A stretch of DNA of 64,000 bases from assembly GCF_009914755.1 (NCBI RefSeq), contig NC_060947.1; one strand, given 5' to 3'. Shown one piece after another: positions 15,255 through 32,914 of the stretch. A program made the translations under genes and the position numbers. This DNA comes from the human T2T-CHM13v2.0 reference genome, Homo sapiens. How positions within the stretch are numbered: the first letter of the stretch is position 1; each line of letters opens with the position of its first letter. Below the pieces are notes generated by a model. It made no database searches. It was not told the DNA's origin and worked only from the letters and a program-made list of their open reading frames with translations.

Positions 15255-17186
15255 TCTTTTCAGCTTCTTGAGCAAGATTTCATATAGCCAAGAAGGAATT
15301 GAAATATTTAAAAGCCCTCCAGGTTCCAGAAATGTCTACCTTTTTGAGGGGAGGATGGGCCATTCTATAGTTGGCTTTGTTGTTCCTCAAGAAAGCTCAA
15401 TGAAGATAAAATTTGGATGGCATTTAGCAACCTTTTTCTCACAACAATGTCGCTACCAGACAAGAGTGATGTGTTCTGAGTCTGTGCTTGTGTTATTCTT
15501 TGGCAGTGGCAGCTTGTAAAGGATGTTCCTTTCACAGATCTTGTTATCGCTTATAAAATTGCTGTCAGTTTCTTCCCTCTGCTTTAAATTAAATATTATC
15601 TCTTCTTAGTGTTGGTGACACCTGTATTTATACAAAGCACTAGGTAAAATATGAAATGTGTGAATGTATCAGCATGTTTTTAATGCTTTAAGGAAGCCTA
15701 ATAAATCCCAGTAAACTTGCCCTTTCTCATGGCATTTATGCTTAATACAGTAATAAGTGGGAAGTCGCCTCTCTCCTCTATTACCTTTCTAGGAATGGTT
15801 GCTTCAGAATATCCTTGAAAACAAGAAGAAAATAGTAATAGTTCATCCACTCATATTGAAGCCTAATCACCCATGTTTACCACCTTTCCAGCAAAACAGA
15901 GGCATAAATGGATAGGTAGAACTCAGGGACCAGGGTCTGGATAGGCAAAAATTGTAAGTGGAAGGTGGTGACATCTAATAACTTGGAAAGCACACGAAGC
16001 TCTATTTTATTGCCGGATTCTAGTTTTTGACACAGATTTTGCTCTGTGAACTTCGAGTTTCTATTTAAATTTTGTCGACCTTAGTTTCATCATCCACAAT
16101 GTGATAAACAATCCTTATTTCTTGGGTTTGTAAGGAGAAGTGGTATGATGAAATCTGGGAACTGTAGGAATATAGACAGTCTATGAGAAGCTTGTCCTAC
16201 TGTTCTTGTCCACTCATCTCTATGACTTTTTTCATATATTCCTTGACTTCTGTACCTGCCTCACTTGTCTTCCTTCGATCTTATTCCATGTCATCTGGGT
16301 GGATGGCCAGTACAAACCTGACCCTCACCAACTACATGATTCCTCCCTACTCCTCTTCAGCCAATGACAATCAGATGTTGGACATTTCTGAACTTTGGGT
16401 TATTTCATCTCTGTAATCTCAAAATCAGAGCTATCCCTCTCTCCCTCTAACCTGTGGTTTTTTTTTTTTTAACTTTCCTACTCTCTCATTCACATTGAAC
16501 CTGCTTTTTTCCCCATATCACAACTCTAGCTTTTCAACCCTTCCTAGTTCACAATGTTCTTCTGGCTGTCCTTAACTTCCCACCTACCAGGCATCCCATG
16601 GCCAACCGTGTCACTAATGTTTGCTCCAATATCCCTGAACCCTACACCCTTTGACTCTGCCCCATGTTTAACACAGTAATCTCTGTTACTGGCTTTCTCA
16701 GCATCTCTGTGATGATAATTGTGGAAGAAAAGCATGAACATTCCTTACCCACTCTCTACCATTAATACTCCCATCAGTGATTGTTCTGTTCATCTTTGAT
16801 GACATCCCATCATGTTCACCATAATGCATGTTCCAGACATTTTCTGCGTACAGACTCTGATTCCTACTTCCTTACACTTTCAGCAGATGATTTTGCTTGG
16901 TATCTCATGAGAAGATGTAGGCTATCCTTCGTGGAATACCAGATATTCCCTCCTTTCCATCTGTTGTTATACTTTCTCCACCTACCCAGACTTTCTCTTT
17001 ATCTTTAGTTTTCTGTCATTTTTCTTTCCTGGCCCAGGCAAAGAAGTGTTCCTTTTCTTTATAAATCTAATTTCTCCACCTAAGTTTTTAACGTTCCTTT
17101 TCCTTTCTAAGGTGGGGCTACACTCCATCAATTTTTGTTTTTCTGATATCTCTCTCTTCATTACTTTCTACTCACAAGTTTTCTAA

Positions 17187-17602
<416 letters not shown>

Positions 17603-17708
17603 CTCTTTCACTCTTTAATCTACCTTATTCACTTAATGCTTTGCACCAACCCAGAGAGGCCTTCTTTGAACATGCTATTCAGTGGGTTTCCTCCATTATT
17701 TTCTACCC

Positions 17709-18000
17709 CTGTGTAGTCAGGGCTCTCCAGAGAAACAGAATCATCAAAACATATATAAAATAAGGAATTGGCTCATGCAATATGGAGGCTGAGAAGCCCC
17801 ATGATCTGCTGTCTGCAAGTTGGAGATCTAGGCAAGTTGGTGCTGTACTTCAGCCTGAGTGTGAGTCTGAAGGCTTGAGCACCAGGGAAGCTGATGTTAT
17901 AAATTCCAGTCTGAGTACAAGAGAAGACTGGTGTCCCAGCTCAATATCCCAGTCAGGCTGAGAAGGGATAGATTCTCCTTTTCTCTCTGCCTTTTGTTCC
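17709..18000 (-). mobile_element. MLT2 (ERVL) LTR fragment
   Basis: gtcagggctctccagagaaacagaa...ggaattggctcatgcaatatggaggctgagaag. Confidence 0.8.
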
Positions 18001-18324
18001 TTGGTCATTGTTGTCGTCATCTTTGTTGTCATCATCTCCATTGTGGCTGCCTCCTCCTTCTCTTCCTCTGTCTCTCTGTTTCTGTGTCTGAGTCTGTCCC
18101 TCTCTCTTACTCTCCTCACTCCCTTGGAGGGATCATATGATATCATTATTTTGTGAAGTGCTGTGAAGTTCAAAAATATTTATCTATGACCCTGAGAATT
18201 TACCACAAATTTCAGTTTTTACTTTCTAAAACTTTAGTTCAACATTAACATATCTAAATCTAAACTTCATTCGTCCTGCTGAATCACATCCTTATCTGGA
18301 GTAACTTGAATCTATTGATGACAC

Positions 18325-18838
18325 TGTATGCATTTCCTGAGGCTACTGTAACAAATTATCACAACTTCAATGGCTTACAACAACACAAATTTATTCTTTT
18401 ACAGTCTGGAGGCTGGACATATTTTTCTGAAATCAGTTTCACTGTGCTAAATACAAGGTGTCAGCAGAGGCCGGAGAGAGTACAGGCTCTGGCAGGGGAA
18501 GCAGGTGCAGGATTTCTTTTCTTTCCTCTTCCAGCTTCTAGATCTGAACTCCTTACGTTCCTTAGCTCAGGGCCACTTTCTTCATCTTCCAAGCCAATAG
18601 TGTAGCATCTTCAAATACATTTCTGTGTGCATCACATTGTCTTCTTTGTATTCAAATCAAACTCTGCGAAAGCCCAGGATAATTTCCCAATATCAAGATA
18701 ATCCGGGATAATTTCCCATTTCACGATCCTTAATTTAATCGTATCTTCAGAGTCCCTTTTGTCATACAAGGTAAAATGTACAGGTGCCAGAGATTAGGAC
18801 CTGGATATCTTTGGGGGCCATTAATTAGTCTACCACAG
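18325..18838 (-). mobile_element. MLT1 (MaLR, C/D-like) LTR
   Basis: gctactgtaacaaattatcacaac...ggcttacaacaacacaaatttattc...gggggccattaattagtctaccaca. Confidence 0.8.
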
Positions 18839-19604
18839 CCACCATTTTTCTTTTAGTCATTTAGGCTGAAAAATTTGAAATAATCTCACCCCTCCCACTC
18901 TCTTGTGACCTAAGCAATGGGAATCTTCTTCCTTTCTCAATGGCTCTTATGCTTATCCCCTTCTGGTTCAGGCCCTTATTTGCATATTTCAGTGACTATT
19001 AGTAATTAAGAGTGCATGACTGAAGAACTACATTTAAAATTTTATTCAGTTTTAATTCATTTAAATTTAAATAGGTTTCAGGGGGAAAGTCAAGAGAGTG
19101 CTCCCTTTTGGCGTAGGGCATATGACTCCAGACCAACAGATGTTCTTAATTAGGTATGGTGGTGGGCTCAGTAAGGGAGGGCCTGGAGAGCCTTAGTCAG
19201 GAAGGTACACTTGAATGGGAAGTGAGAGGAATGGTGGGGCCAGGGACTGTGACATAGAACTGATAGCCAGGAGTTGACCCGAGGCTAGATGCAACATGAA
19301 AAATATTCCGTTGAGAGGCAAGTTGCATGAACAAAAGTTTGCAATCAAGTGTTACTTTTTGTGAGGAGTCAGAGGGCTGTGGTTACATCAGTTATGGACT
19401 ATTTGAAGAACAGGATTAAAGTGGTATGTACCTATTTCATTTGTTCTGAGCATTCAGTGAGATCATACATGTAGAGTGGTTAGAACATAGTGCCTGGCAC
19501 ATAGTATGTGCGCAATAAATGGTAGATATTTCTATTAATAACTACTTTTACATAATATATTAATTAAGGGCATGGGTTTTGGAATCAGCAAATCTGTGTT
19601 CTAG

Positions 19605-19911
<307 letters not shown>

Positions 19912-20639
19912 CTAGTTCTACTATTCTTATGACCATGACAGTCACTTTAACTTGTAAACCTCTCAGTTTCCTCAGTTCTAAAACAGGAATCATAATCATA
20001 CCTGTCCAGCAGGGTTTCTGAGGTTATAAGCATTTTAACCACAGAACACAGAATCTGGCACATAGTATGTACCCAGTCAAGCTATTATTATTGTATTTGT
20101 TATCTATTTTTGTTATCTACCAGCTCACTGTTTTAGGGTAGACAGAAGTTCTTTTGAGGCCTGGGCACTCTCTCCTTCATCCAGTTAACCTCTAGAAGGA
20201 AGACAAAATTTAATGATGCTTTTTTTTTTTCCAGTGGAAAGTCAACCATACTCTTTTTAGTTCACAAGGTACTGGAGAGGTTCCTTGGCCTTAAGAGCCA
20301 GAAGTCCAGACTCACCTGTGTTTTAAACTGAAATTTTTCAACCGCCAGATTAATTATTTTGGCATTTAAGAAGGGGCCCAGAAAATGGATCGACAATACT
20401 ACGAAGGGTTGGGAATTACAGAGGCATTCAAGTGAACAACCAATCTGGCTTGAAGAGTTTCTCAGAGATTCTTGTCAAAAAATCTTTTATAGCCCTCCTG
20501 GTTTTAAGCTACATCTAGGATATCAGTAATAGGCACAGATTCAGTGGTGGAGGGAAGTAAAATCACTTTATCTCAGTGGTGATCAAAATAGCAGCAAAGA
20601 AGGAGGGAAGGAGCAAGAGAAGAGGAGAAGGACGACAAA

Positions 20640-22090
<1,451 letters not shown>

Positions 22091-22537
22091 TGGCCTGACT
22101 TAGGTAGGCCTCTCTTTTCCTGTAAGAGGCAAAAAAGTAGGGATTGGTACAGACAGAGAAATGTATGTGGGGAGGGGCTCAGGAAGTTGGGGGAGTTTAT
22201 TCCCAGTGGTTTTGATTTTTGTGCGGGGGGACAGGAAATAGTTCATCTACTGAGAGAAATGTGTTGGGTGAGGATTTGTGGTGCTTTGAGTTTCATGTTT
22301 TCAAACAGTTTTTGATCAATGTTTACCTAGCAGCCAAGCAGGGGACGTCAGTAAATATGTTGTACATGGTTAAGTGAGGAGCCCATCGCCCGTGTTGATT
22401 AAGAAACCTATCATTTCCTGGTCTGTGAAGAAGTCTATGGCTTGTAAACTTTGAAAATAGATTATTGGCATTACCTGTTTATCTTCTTCAACTAGGAGAG
22501 AATGCCTTTTACCATGTTGGACTTCAGGAACTACTTC

Positions 22538-22838
22538 TTTTTTTTTTTTTTTTTTGAGATGGGGATTTTACTCCATCATCCAGGCTGGAGTGCAGTGGCA
22601 CAATAAGGACTCACTGCAGCCTTGAACTCTGGGCTAAAGCAATCCTCACACCTCAACTTCCCGAGTACCTGGGACTACAGGTGCACCACCATGCTTGGCT
22701 AAATTTTTAAAATATTTTTGGAGAGTTGACATCTGGCTATGTTGCCCAGGCTGGTCTTGAACTCCTGGCATCAAGTGATCCTCCCATCTTGGTTTTCCAA
22801 AATGCTGAGATTTTAGACTTGAACCACCATGCCCTGCC
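22538..22838 (-). mobile_element. AluJ
   Basis: Diverged antisense Alu. Confidence 0.9.
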
Positions 22839-22970
22839 AAAGGAAACCTTTACTAGAAAATTTGTGGGAGGGGGCAAAGAACACATAGAAGTAAACAGCC
22901 ATCAAGAATATGGGTTCATGATTTACACTACCTCTAACATGGCACAGAAAATCAACTTGGTTGACCCTAA

Positions 22971-23303
<333 letters not shown>

Positions 23304-23584
23304 CTCCTTGAGCCATTTTTATAGACCATCCATGGCTCTCCCTCCATTGCAGTTGGGTCATATCAGATAGTCTCTTCTCTTGCACAGTGAGATATATAAT
23401 CTCCACCATATCCCTTATTGACTTCATGTTCTTGATTCCTCCTCTGCAGAAGACCCAACTTCCTTCCATCTGTAGCCTACATATTGCTTATCCTGCAAGT
23501 CTGATCAACATTCATGTTCTCACAGAAGCCTTTCTGACTCAGGTTATCCTGTGATATTTGCTTAAAGCTATTCAGCACCTTAAA

Positions 23585-24035
<451 letters not shown>

Positions 24036-25138
24036 CTTAAAGCCTCTCTGGGGAATAGAAAATCAAGCAAATTGGAAAAGAGCCTAAACAGCCAGAATTG
24101 TTTCTTTGTTCCTTAGTCTTGTGTTTGACTTTTGACAATCACCTTGACATTGATCTTTGATTTTTTTTTTTTGTTTTTGCCATCTTCTGCTGCTTTGCCT
24201 TTGCCCTGTCTGCCAGGCTATCCCTTACCTGCTTGGTTTGATCTGCCTTGACTCTCAGGTGCCTGTCACCATGTTTGTGGCCCTCTTTGAACCAGGCTCC
24301 TTTCTTGGCTATAGGTTTGTAGCCATAATCTTTGCAGATTTCAGACCTGCCAAATGGAATCTGATTCCACTTGCAGGCTTCTGGCCCTGCCATGTCAGAA
24401 GGATCCCATTCTCTGCCCTACTTCTTTCCATCAGCTCAAATCTTGAGACCTGACAAGTCCATGGTTTTGGATTACTTCAGCATGTACATTCTCTAAATCC
24501 TTGCATCTTATCGTTGTTCAGCTTGTGCATTAAAGAAAGTCTCCAATGTTTGGTTACAAATACATCTGATCATCTCATCTTTACTTTAAGCAAATTAAAG
24601 GCAGAGTGCATGCTTTTGCTGTTTGAATTCCCTTCTATTACCTAGAACAGGTTGACACCTAGTAGTTGCTCAGAAAAAGGACTGTGTTTAACTTACAGAT
24701 TTGTAAACTTACAAAGTTGGAGAAAGTTTGCGTTTCAGAGATGATGCAGGTCCTGGCTTGCTGTCCCTCTATCAGGACATCTTCATTGTATTCATCTAAA
24801 TCCAGTCCCTGTTTAATTATCTGAGCAGGACTGATTGCTATTTGATTTAATATTGCCTTGTCAAGTATTAACCAGATTGTTCCATCTGACCCGGGGCAGG
24901 AGAGAAGGTTGGTGACAGAAATAGAAGGGACCCATGGTCTTCTTCCTGGTAGCAGACTGTTCAAGAATGTAGCAAACCAATGGAGGAAACCCTCTCCTTT
25001 TTCTATGGCAAGTCTAAACCCTCTGCTGGTCCCCTGCTGCCCAGAAGCCCTCTGGCCTCCTACGTTGGTGGCTTCCTACAGTGGGAAGCTAACTTTTCCT
25101 TTTTCATTTTCCATTCCCTCCAGCAAACTTACAGCTTC

Positions 25139-25460
<322 letters not shown>

Positions 25461-28349
25461 TGATGACATCTTAACATGCCATCCATCCCAGAGTGATAAG
25501 CATTTGAAAAGAAGCTGCTCAGAGACAGCAAAACAGTTGGAAATTCTGGCAATAAAGCTAGCTGATAGGAAGAATCTTTTTTTTCTCCTCTCTCCTTTCC
25601 CTAGGTTGGAGAAGTGGCTTTCCCAGTGCTCTCAAACCTGATTATATTTAGTGCTGCTTTGTAGGTCATCAAATAACAAACAAGAAAAGAAACAACAAAA
25701 CATCTTTAGCCAAAGGCCATCTGGTTAGACCATGAACTGGTTTTCCAATGTAAGTCAAGCCTCTTAACTTTATAATGAGGAAACCAAGTCCCAGAGAAGA
25801 AACATGATATGCCAAGTATTCTCCAGAGGGAAGTCTAGAATCCAGGCCTTTGTTGTTCCAGCTAAATGAGAATTATTTGTGTTTGGCTGCTCTGATTCTC
25901 CACCAGTGTTTCTGCTAAAAGTTGACATGGTATATTTAGTATTTTTCACAAGTAGGAGAGATACAAGGGAGTTTGATTTTGCAGATGTTCCCGTTGAAAT
26001 CTAGAACAAAGTGCCACAAGAACACATGCTAATGAATAGGAAAGTGTGGAGCAAGGAACTGAGTTAAATGGATTGTGCTTGGCAGCTAGATCAATGAAAG
26101 AGCCCACAGAAAGGAAAATGAAGGTACGAGAAGCCTGGATTGAGAAAAAGTTGCGGTTAGATTTATTTTTCAGAGTTTTCTATGGAATCATTGTTGGGCA
26201 TAACTTAACAAGGGAGTTTTGAAGAAAGACTTTCTCTTCAATTGGGCCAGCACATCTTGGGTAAAGCTGCACAATCGATATGTGTGTGAGATGCCCATTT
26301 CCATCTCAAGCAGGTCAAATAACCAGAATCCCCATTTGATGGTTTTCTAAAGTCTCCTTATCATATTGTGTGTTCAAAGTGGACCAAGCCTTCTCATTCA
26401 ATTTCAATTTCTTGCTGCAGAGTGGGTCAACAACTGGGGTACCATCACTTTTGAAGAGTGGAGGAAATTGGGAGAACTCTGATCCCTCGTCTGCCCTTCT
26501 GGTTTTCAGGAGAATTACGTAGAGGTGGGGAGACAGTGTAAGATCAACCTCAGGTATTTTTTTTTTTTAATGAAGTATTCAGTGATGAACCTGGGCAATG
26601 TGCATGACACAGACCTTAAAAGACTTTAAGGCCTGGCGCGGATCCTGCCCAGGAAATACTTAAGGCATTTGCTCTAATACTGGCTTCTTCCCTGCCTTTA
26701 CCTCTCTTGCACATTGTTCTTTCACAGCATCCAGTCATAGATGTAAGACTGCAGACAACCTCTGACTGCCAGGCTGTCTGCATTGAACACATAGGAGCAA
26801 TTCCCCATGTCCCCTGATCCCCGAATTTCCTAGTTGATAGGGTATGTCAGGGTATTGTTTCAAATCATTCAAATCTATTTCAAATCGTCACTGATTGTCC
26901 TGAGGCTGAGCTTCAAATCTTTTTTTCTTTCCAGAAGCAGAGAAAACAGCTCATGGGTTGCCCAGGTGCAGGGTGGAGTGGGGAAGAGAAGCAGGAGGGC
27001 CCTTCCTCAGCATTCACAATCCTCCCCATCCACACATTGTCCTGCAGTCTCTAGTATAGGAGTCCTTCGGGAGCGAACAAAAGGCTTTCTTGACTGGATA
27101 AAGTAGCACACCAACCCCCATGGCTCACCTGGCAAACAAAACAGAGTAAGGCTGGGTGAGGATGGGAAAAGACTTGGTGGAGCTGTGAGTAGAATCTGTC
27201 TTGCTGAACAGAGTCTTATTTGCAGTGTCACACTGGGCGTGGAAAGCTGTGAGTGCTGCCACAAGGGAAGAGCAGATGGGGGAGTGACATAGCTCTCAGC
27301 AACCAGGACTAGATATAGAAAAGTAGAGAAGAGGCTAGAGGTGGTTTTTTGAAGTCAGCATGAAACAGAATTTATTCAGAAGCAAACCCGAACTTCCTGA
27401 GATTTCTGAGCAGATGAAGCAGAAAAGGTGCTGAGCAGTTGCCCTAAACTGTCAATAACAGTGAATCAAACATTCATGAGTTTAAAATCAGAATACAGTC
27501 TATAGCCTTGAGGCTGAATCTGAACTAAGGCTAACAACCAGTTAAGAGAGTTGCCTGTTCTAGACTCTTCCTTAAGCTAGTAACACCTGAAGCTGGAAGT
27601 AGACACTTCGGTTAACGTACATTTTTTAGTGTTTATTTCTTTCTTCATGGCAACTTGGCTAACTGGGTTGATGTGGTGCCAGCTCAGCAGGGAATGAGCC
27701 TGGGCTTGTTGATTTACAGCAGGGCCCATTTACTCGTTTGGTTTCAATTTTAAAACCTTAGATAGAATTTAAAATCAGTGGCGTTAGAGTGGACCTAGTA
27801 ATCTATTCAAAATTTAAAAAATGTTTTTGAGTAGCCTTCCTTAAATCAGAGGGAAGAGAGTGCTTTTCTGAAATTCAGAATGCTTGGCATTTTAAAATTC
27901 ATAATAGCAATCATCTCGGTCCAGATTTATTACTAATATGTGAAAGAAGAAAGGAGTATTCAGTTAATGGATACTTGGAAGGGTCCTACAACTGCTTTAG
28001 ATGTAAGGGCTCCAAGAAAGACACTAAGAATGATGTTTGGGAGGGAACTACAGGTATGCCCAAGGCACAAGCAGAGAAGGATAAAGCAATGGGATGAGAG
28101 AAACAGGATAGGGACACAGAGGAGGGACTCCAGAGAAAAGGTAGAGAGAAAGTGGTGCATATGGGTCAAGGACTACCTAAGGTGCTGATAACTTAGATTT
28201 CCTTTCCTTACTTTAGGCTCCAGGAGGCATCTGGGGCTTACTGCTGGGCTGCGACCTTGATGTTTTCAAAATGTTGATAGCATAAACCTGCAGTGTGACT
28301 ATTTAAACTGTCTCTGACATCTGCCATTTTCATCACCACTCCAACTTGG

Positions 28350-30450
28350 TTTGTTCATTTATTGAACAGATATATGTGGAGTGCCTCACACATGTGCACA
28401 TCAATGAAGAAAACAGACAAAAATCCCTCCTTTAGTGAACTTTACATTCTAGAAGGGGAGGAGGATAATACACATATAACAGGAGATAATTTCAGATTAT
28501 GGTAAATGTTATGAATTAAACAGAAATGTATGTTAGAATGACACACAGTGCATGTGTATATGCTCATACTAATTTAGTCTGGATAGTAACAGAAAGCATC
28601 ACCAAGGAGGTGACATTTGAGTAGAGACCTGAATGATAGGAAAGAGCCACCCAGTCAGACTTGGGGGAAGAACATGTGATATACCGGGAAGAACAAGTGC
28701 AAAGACCCCAGGGCAGGAATAAGCTCTATGTGCTTGAGGAGCAGCAGGAAGGCCAGTGTAGCTACAGATTTTTGAATGAGGGAGAGAGTGGTAGGAGATA
28801 AGGTTAGAGAGGTAGACAGTGGCCAGATAAGCTAGAACTCTGTAGGCTCTGGAAAGAATTTAGATTTTATTCTTAGAGCAATGGGAAGCCATTGGTGGGT
28901 TTTAAGCAGGGTTTTTACCTGATACGGTGTATTTTTGTTTGTTTGTTTAGAGATCACTCATTTACTTTGTGAAGATTGAATTGTAAGAGGGAAAGACCAG
29001 AGACAAGACTACCTATCTGTAAGCTATTTGAAAAGTCTAGGCTGGAGATAATGGTGACTTGGACTAAGGTGATGGTAGTTGGAGGATATAGGATATGTTG
29101 TGAATATACATTTGACAGAACATTCAGATGAATTACATACTAGATATGAGGGAAAGGGAAGAGTTGATGGTTAACCCATGCGACTTGGATAACTTGTGGT
29201 ACATTTACTGAGCTAGGAAAATCATCCACCTCAGTCAGTGGGAGTTTGTTTTTGGGTGAATGAGGGGACTACAGTTTGGGACATGTTGAGATATATATTT
29301 AGAATCTCTGAGACAATGGCAGGCAACTGGGAATATAAATGTGGAACTACATAGGACATCAAGCCTGGGGATATAAATTTTTGAGTTGTCATTTAAAGCG
29401 ATATGGTTGGAAAAGGTCACCAAGGGTTAATAAGTGAAGATAGAGAAAAGGAGACAGTCAATGGGACCAAGCCCTGGGTTAAACCTTCATTTAGAGGTTG
29501 AGCGAAGGAGAGTAGCAAACAAAGGAAACTGGTAGAACAGTCATTAAGGTAAGAGGAAAACTAGGAAGGTATCTTGGATACTAACAGAAAAGAATATTTG
29601 AAGAAAGAGGGATTGTATTTTCCAAAGATGACCATAATAATAACTCCTCTCCCACATGCTTTAGTTACACTGTGAGCATGTATATCCCTTCCTTTTGAGC
29701 TTGGGTGGACTTTTGTGAATTGCCCTGACCCATAGTGAGCGATACAAGTGACATTATGTGACTTCTGAGAGTAGGTCAGAAAATATAATTCTGATTCTGT
29801 TGGGCTCTCTTTCTCTCTCTTGAGACATGAGCCTTTGGAGCCCTGAGCTGCTATGTCAGAAGTCTAATGACATTGACACCACTGTGCTGTATAAACCACA
29901 TGAAGAGACCACATAGAGATAGGGGAGAGAAGTCTAATGAGCCCAGATGTTCTAGTCCCCATCTATTTGAGCCTTTTCAGAGCAAGCACCAGACATATGA
30001 GTGAACAGTCCTTCAGACGATTCCAGCCCCAGGCATTATCTGACTGCAGCCCTGTGAGACATAGGAGCTACCTGAATTGTTTCCAAATACCTGACCCTCA
30101 GAAATTGGGAGAGATACTAAATGATTGTTAAGCCACTAAGATTGGGGTGCTTTTTTAAATGCAGAAATAGATAATCAGAACAGGGATGAAGAAAAAAATA
30201 TCTATTGGATTTGGCAACATAGAGATGGTTGATGACTTTAGCAAGAGCATGTTCAATGGAGTACAGAGATGGAAGCCCAAATGGAGCGGATTGAGGAGAG
30301 AATAGTAAGGGATAAAATAAATGACAGTGGTTAAATGATTCTTTCAATATTTCAATTAGGGGGATTGAAGATATGGGAAAGTATTTAGAGGGATCAAGGG
30401 AAGATTTTTCCTTATTAAAATGGCAGCTACTTAAGCATGTTCATGTGATG
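28350..30450 (-). mobile_element. L2, interrupted by an MLT1 LTR
   Basis: gttcatttattgaacaga tail, ggaggtgacatttgagtagagacctgaatga, gcaatgggaagccattgg. Confidence 0.8.
29610..30182 (+). mobile_element. MLT1 (G/H/F-like) LTR
   Basis: ttgtattttccaaagatg...gtgacttctgagagtaggtcag...taagccactaagattgggg...aatagataatcagaaca. Confidence 0.75.
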
Positions 30451-32019
30451 ATGGAGAAAACTCAGAAGAAATAATAAATTTATAATAGAAGAGAAAATGA
30501 CTCAGTTCCTCATTACCTCTTACTTGGACTATTGTAATTGCTTCCTGAAGTGTTTTGTCTGTTTCTGATTTCTTCCTACTCTGTTTATGCTACATACTAC
30601 TACTAAATTTTTCTAGATTCAAGTGCCCTTTTCATCATATCATACCCTGTTCAAATAAAACAAAACAATGTTGGCTACTTCTCCTTTGCCTTACTCATCA
30701 GACTACAGTTCCAGAACTGGAAGGAAACAAAGATCCTCTAATACCTTCTCCTTTTAGGTACAGAACGCAACAGAAAACAACAGCACATAACAGGTACTTT
30801 TAGGTACAGTACGGAAGTATTAATTCTAATGTTCAGTATCCACGTAGTTGCCAATATGAAAAATGGATATCATGCCTTATGTAAGTTACATCTAAACCTG
30901 TGCCTATATATTAAGAGTAATAGATACTGTTTGATGTTGGAAAATATTCCTAGCAGCCATGTGCAATTGTTAAATGCCATGCTAATTCATGAATACTTCT
31001 GGAACCATGAATTATAATACGAGGGAAGCATGAAAATGGATGATTGGCATTTCTGAGAAACAATACTTCCTTATGCAAGACTCTATTACATTCATATGGG
31101 CAATTAATTTGCCTTTTCTTTTGCCAATGCTTTTCTCCTTCCCAAATACTCTCCATGTGCTAAGACATTGTCAGCCTTCAAAGTTGGCAGAAGTACAACC
31201 TCCAAACCTGCATGGCATGCAGACCGCGTTGCCTTTTGTTTTGAGAACACAGGGCAGTAAATATAGAAATCATTGTCTGAACAGCATTAACCATGAGAGT
31301 GGGTGTTGAGGGATATGGATAAAGGTGTAACAGTGCTGAATCCTGGATCCGGAGTGACAGAGGCAGTTAAGTGTTTTTGGTAAGTGTAATGTGTTTGAGT
31401 GGGTGTGTTAGTGATATGCATAATTTTCTAAAGCTTGGGACCTAGGCCAGGGTTCCCTCTTGACCAGAACTAAGGGTGGAGCTGATCAGGACATTTATCA
31501 TAGATAATATTTCCTTGCTTATTTTGTATGCCCCACTTGATCATGAGGTGCTCAAGGAGTTTTTTCATATTTTATTCCATGTCTCTATTTCATCCCTTCC
31601 GCCACAGCCTTAGTTGTGGCCACCATCATCCCTACTTTGATCACGGCCACAGTCCATCAACTGGTCCCCATGTTTGCTTTCTCCAAACCATATTCTATAT
31701 CTGGCTTCCACAGGGACATTTCTAAGATATACAGCTTCTAAGAAGAAAATATTAGAGCTTCTATTTATGTTTGTTTTTATTCATTGTTTAGTTTTTTTAT
31801 ATTTGTGTGTGTTTCATGTGCATAGTGTCTTAGAATGGTAGCACTTGTGTATAACGTATACATTAATAGATGAATATGTAAATCAGAGGTGCATGCTGTC
31901 TCTTTGCTTTCAAGAGAATGAGATAGCAAAAGTGCAAGAGACATGTGTCTCTAGGATCAAGTTCAAGCACCTTAGTATGGCAGTGGAGGCCTTGCATGAT
32001 CTGTTTCCACCTCCTTTCA

Positions 32020-32850
32020 CATCAAAGGCAGGAGCAAACCCTGAGGAGCATACAGTGCAGGTGATGGAAATAATTATGATCCAGCAAGCAGAACACAGCA
32101 CAACAGGGTTTGGCAGGTAATAATCCTGGCATGTCCTCTCTGTCAGGGGCTTCAATGCAAAGTAATACAGACTTCTAGAATCCAGTTGCAGATTCTAGAG
32201 GTTCAGGCAGGCTGGCAGTTGTCCAGTATCAAAGAAGGCTGTCAGGAGGTAGCAGGCCTCATGGTTAGACTGGACTGGGGCTCAGGGCCAGGACTATAGT
32301 TCCTGGGAAGGAGAGGACTGGCAAGAGCAACACAGTGCTCTAGTGCTTGAGGGATGGGAGAACTATGAAGGTATTAATTTAGAGGCAAATCTCTTTGGGG
32401 CAGGATGTTTCCCTACCACCGCACCAGAACCTTTCACAGGGACAGCTCCTAGATAGTCTTGTTATTTTGAATCCACTCACACATGCCCACACTATTCAGT
32501 TAGAGAGGGAGAGAGTACTCACAGCCCCACAGCTGCACTGGGCTTAGGCAAAGGGGAAAAGGCAGTAGCAAGAACTTAGGAAGGACTGTAGGGGGAACTG
32601 TGCCACAGGAGCAAGAGGACTGTGTTTTTCACAGAACTGGGACCTGAGGTAAGGGCTGACCCAGCAGAAAGTGTGGCTTGAGACAAAGTCCCACAGTGTT
32701 GGGAAGGTATGGCTGAAAACCTTCTGCCCTATGGTCAGGGTGAATCCTAGAGTGCGGGGCAGATCCGAGCCTGCAGCTGGGAGTGCATGACCCTCACAAA
32801 GTAACCCCAGTCATGGGGAAGGATGCAGCAGAGACTGAGTATGAGACAGG
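32020..32850. mobile_element. Possible ancient LTR-like segment (unassigned)
   Basis: GC-richer block that interrupts L2-like sequence (ggccttgcatgatctg ... aaagtccttcacaatttg) and ends in gagaca; family not recognised. Confidence 0.25.
32371..32536 (+). repeat. Left arm of a 166-bp inverted repeat
   Basis: Reverse complement of 33511-33676 at ~93% identity (hand alignment). Confidence 0.95.
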
Positions 32851-32914
32851 GCCTGACTCCACATTGCTCTCTGAGACCGGCATTCAAAGTCCTTCACAAT
32901 TTGTCCCCACAATA

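Noticed and set aside
17850-18173. Charged 107-aa ORF
   Set aside because: Low-complexity CT-rich sequence plus MLT2 LTR.
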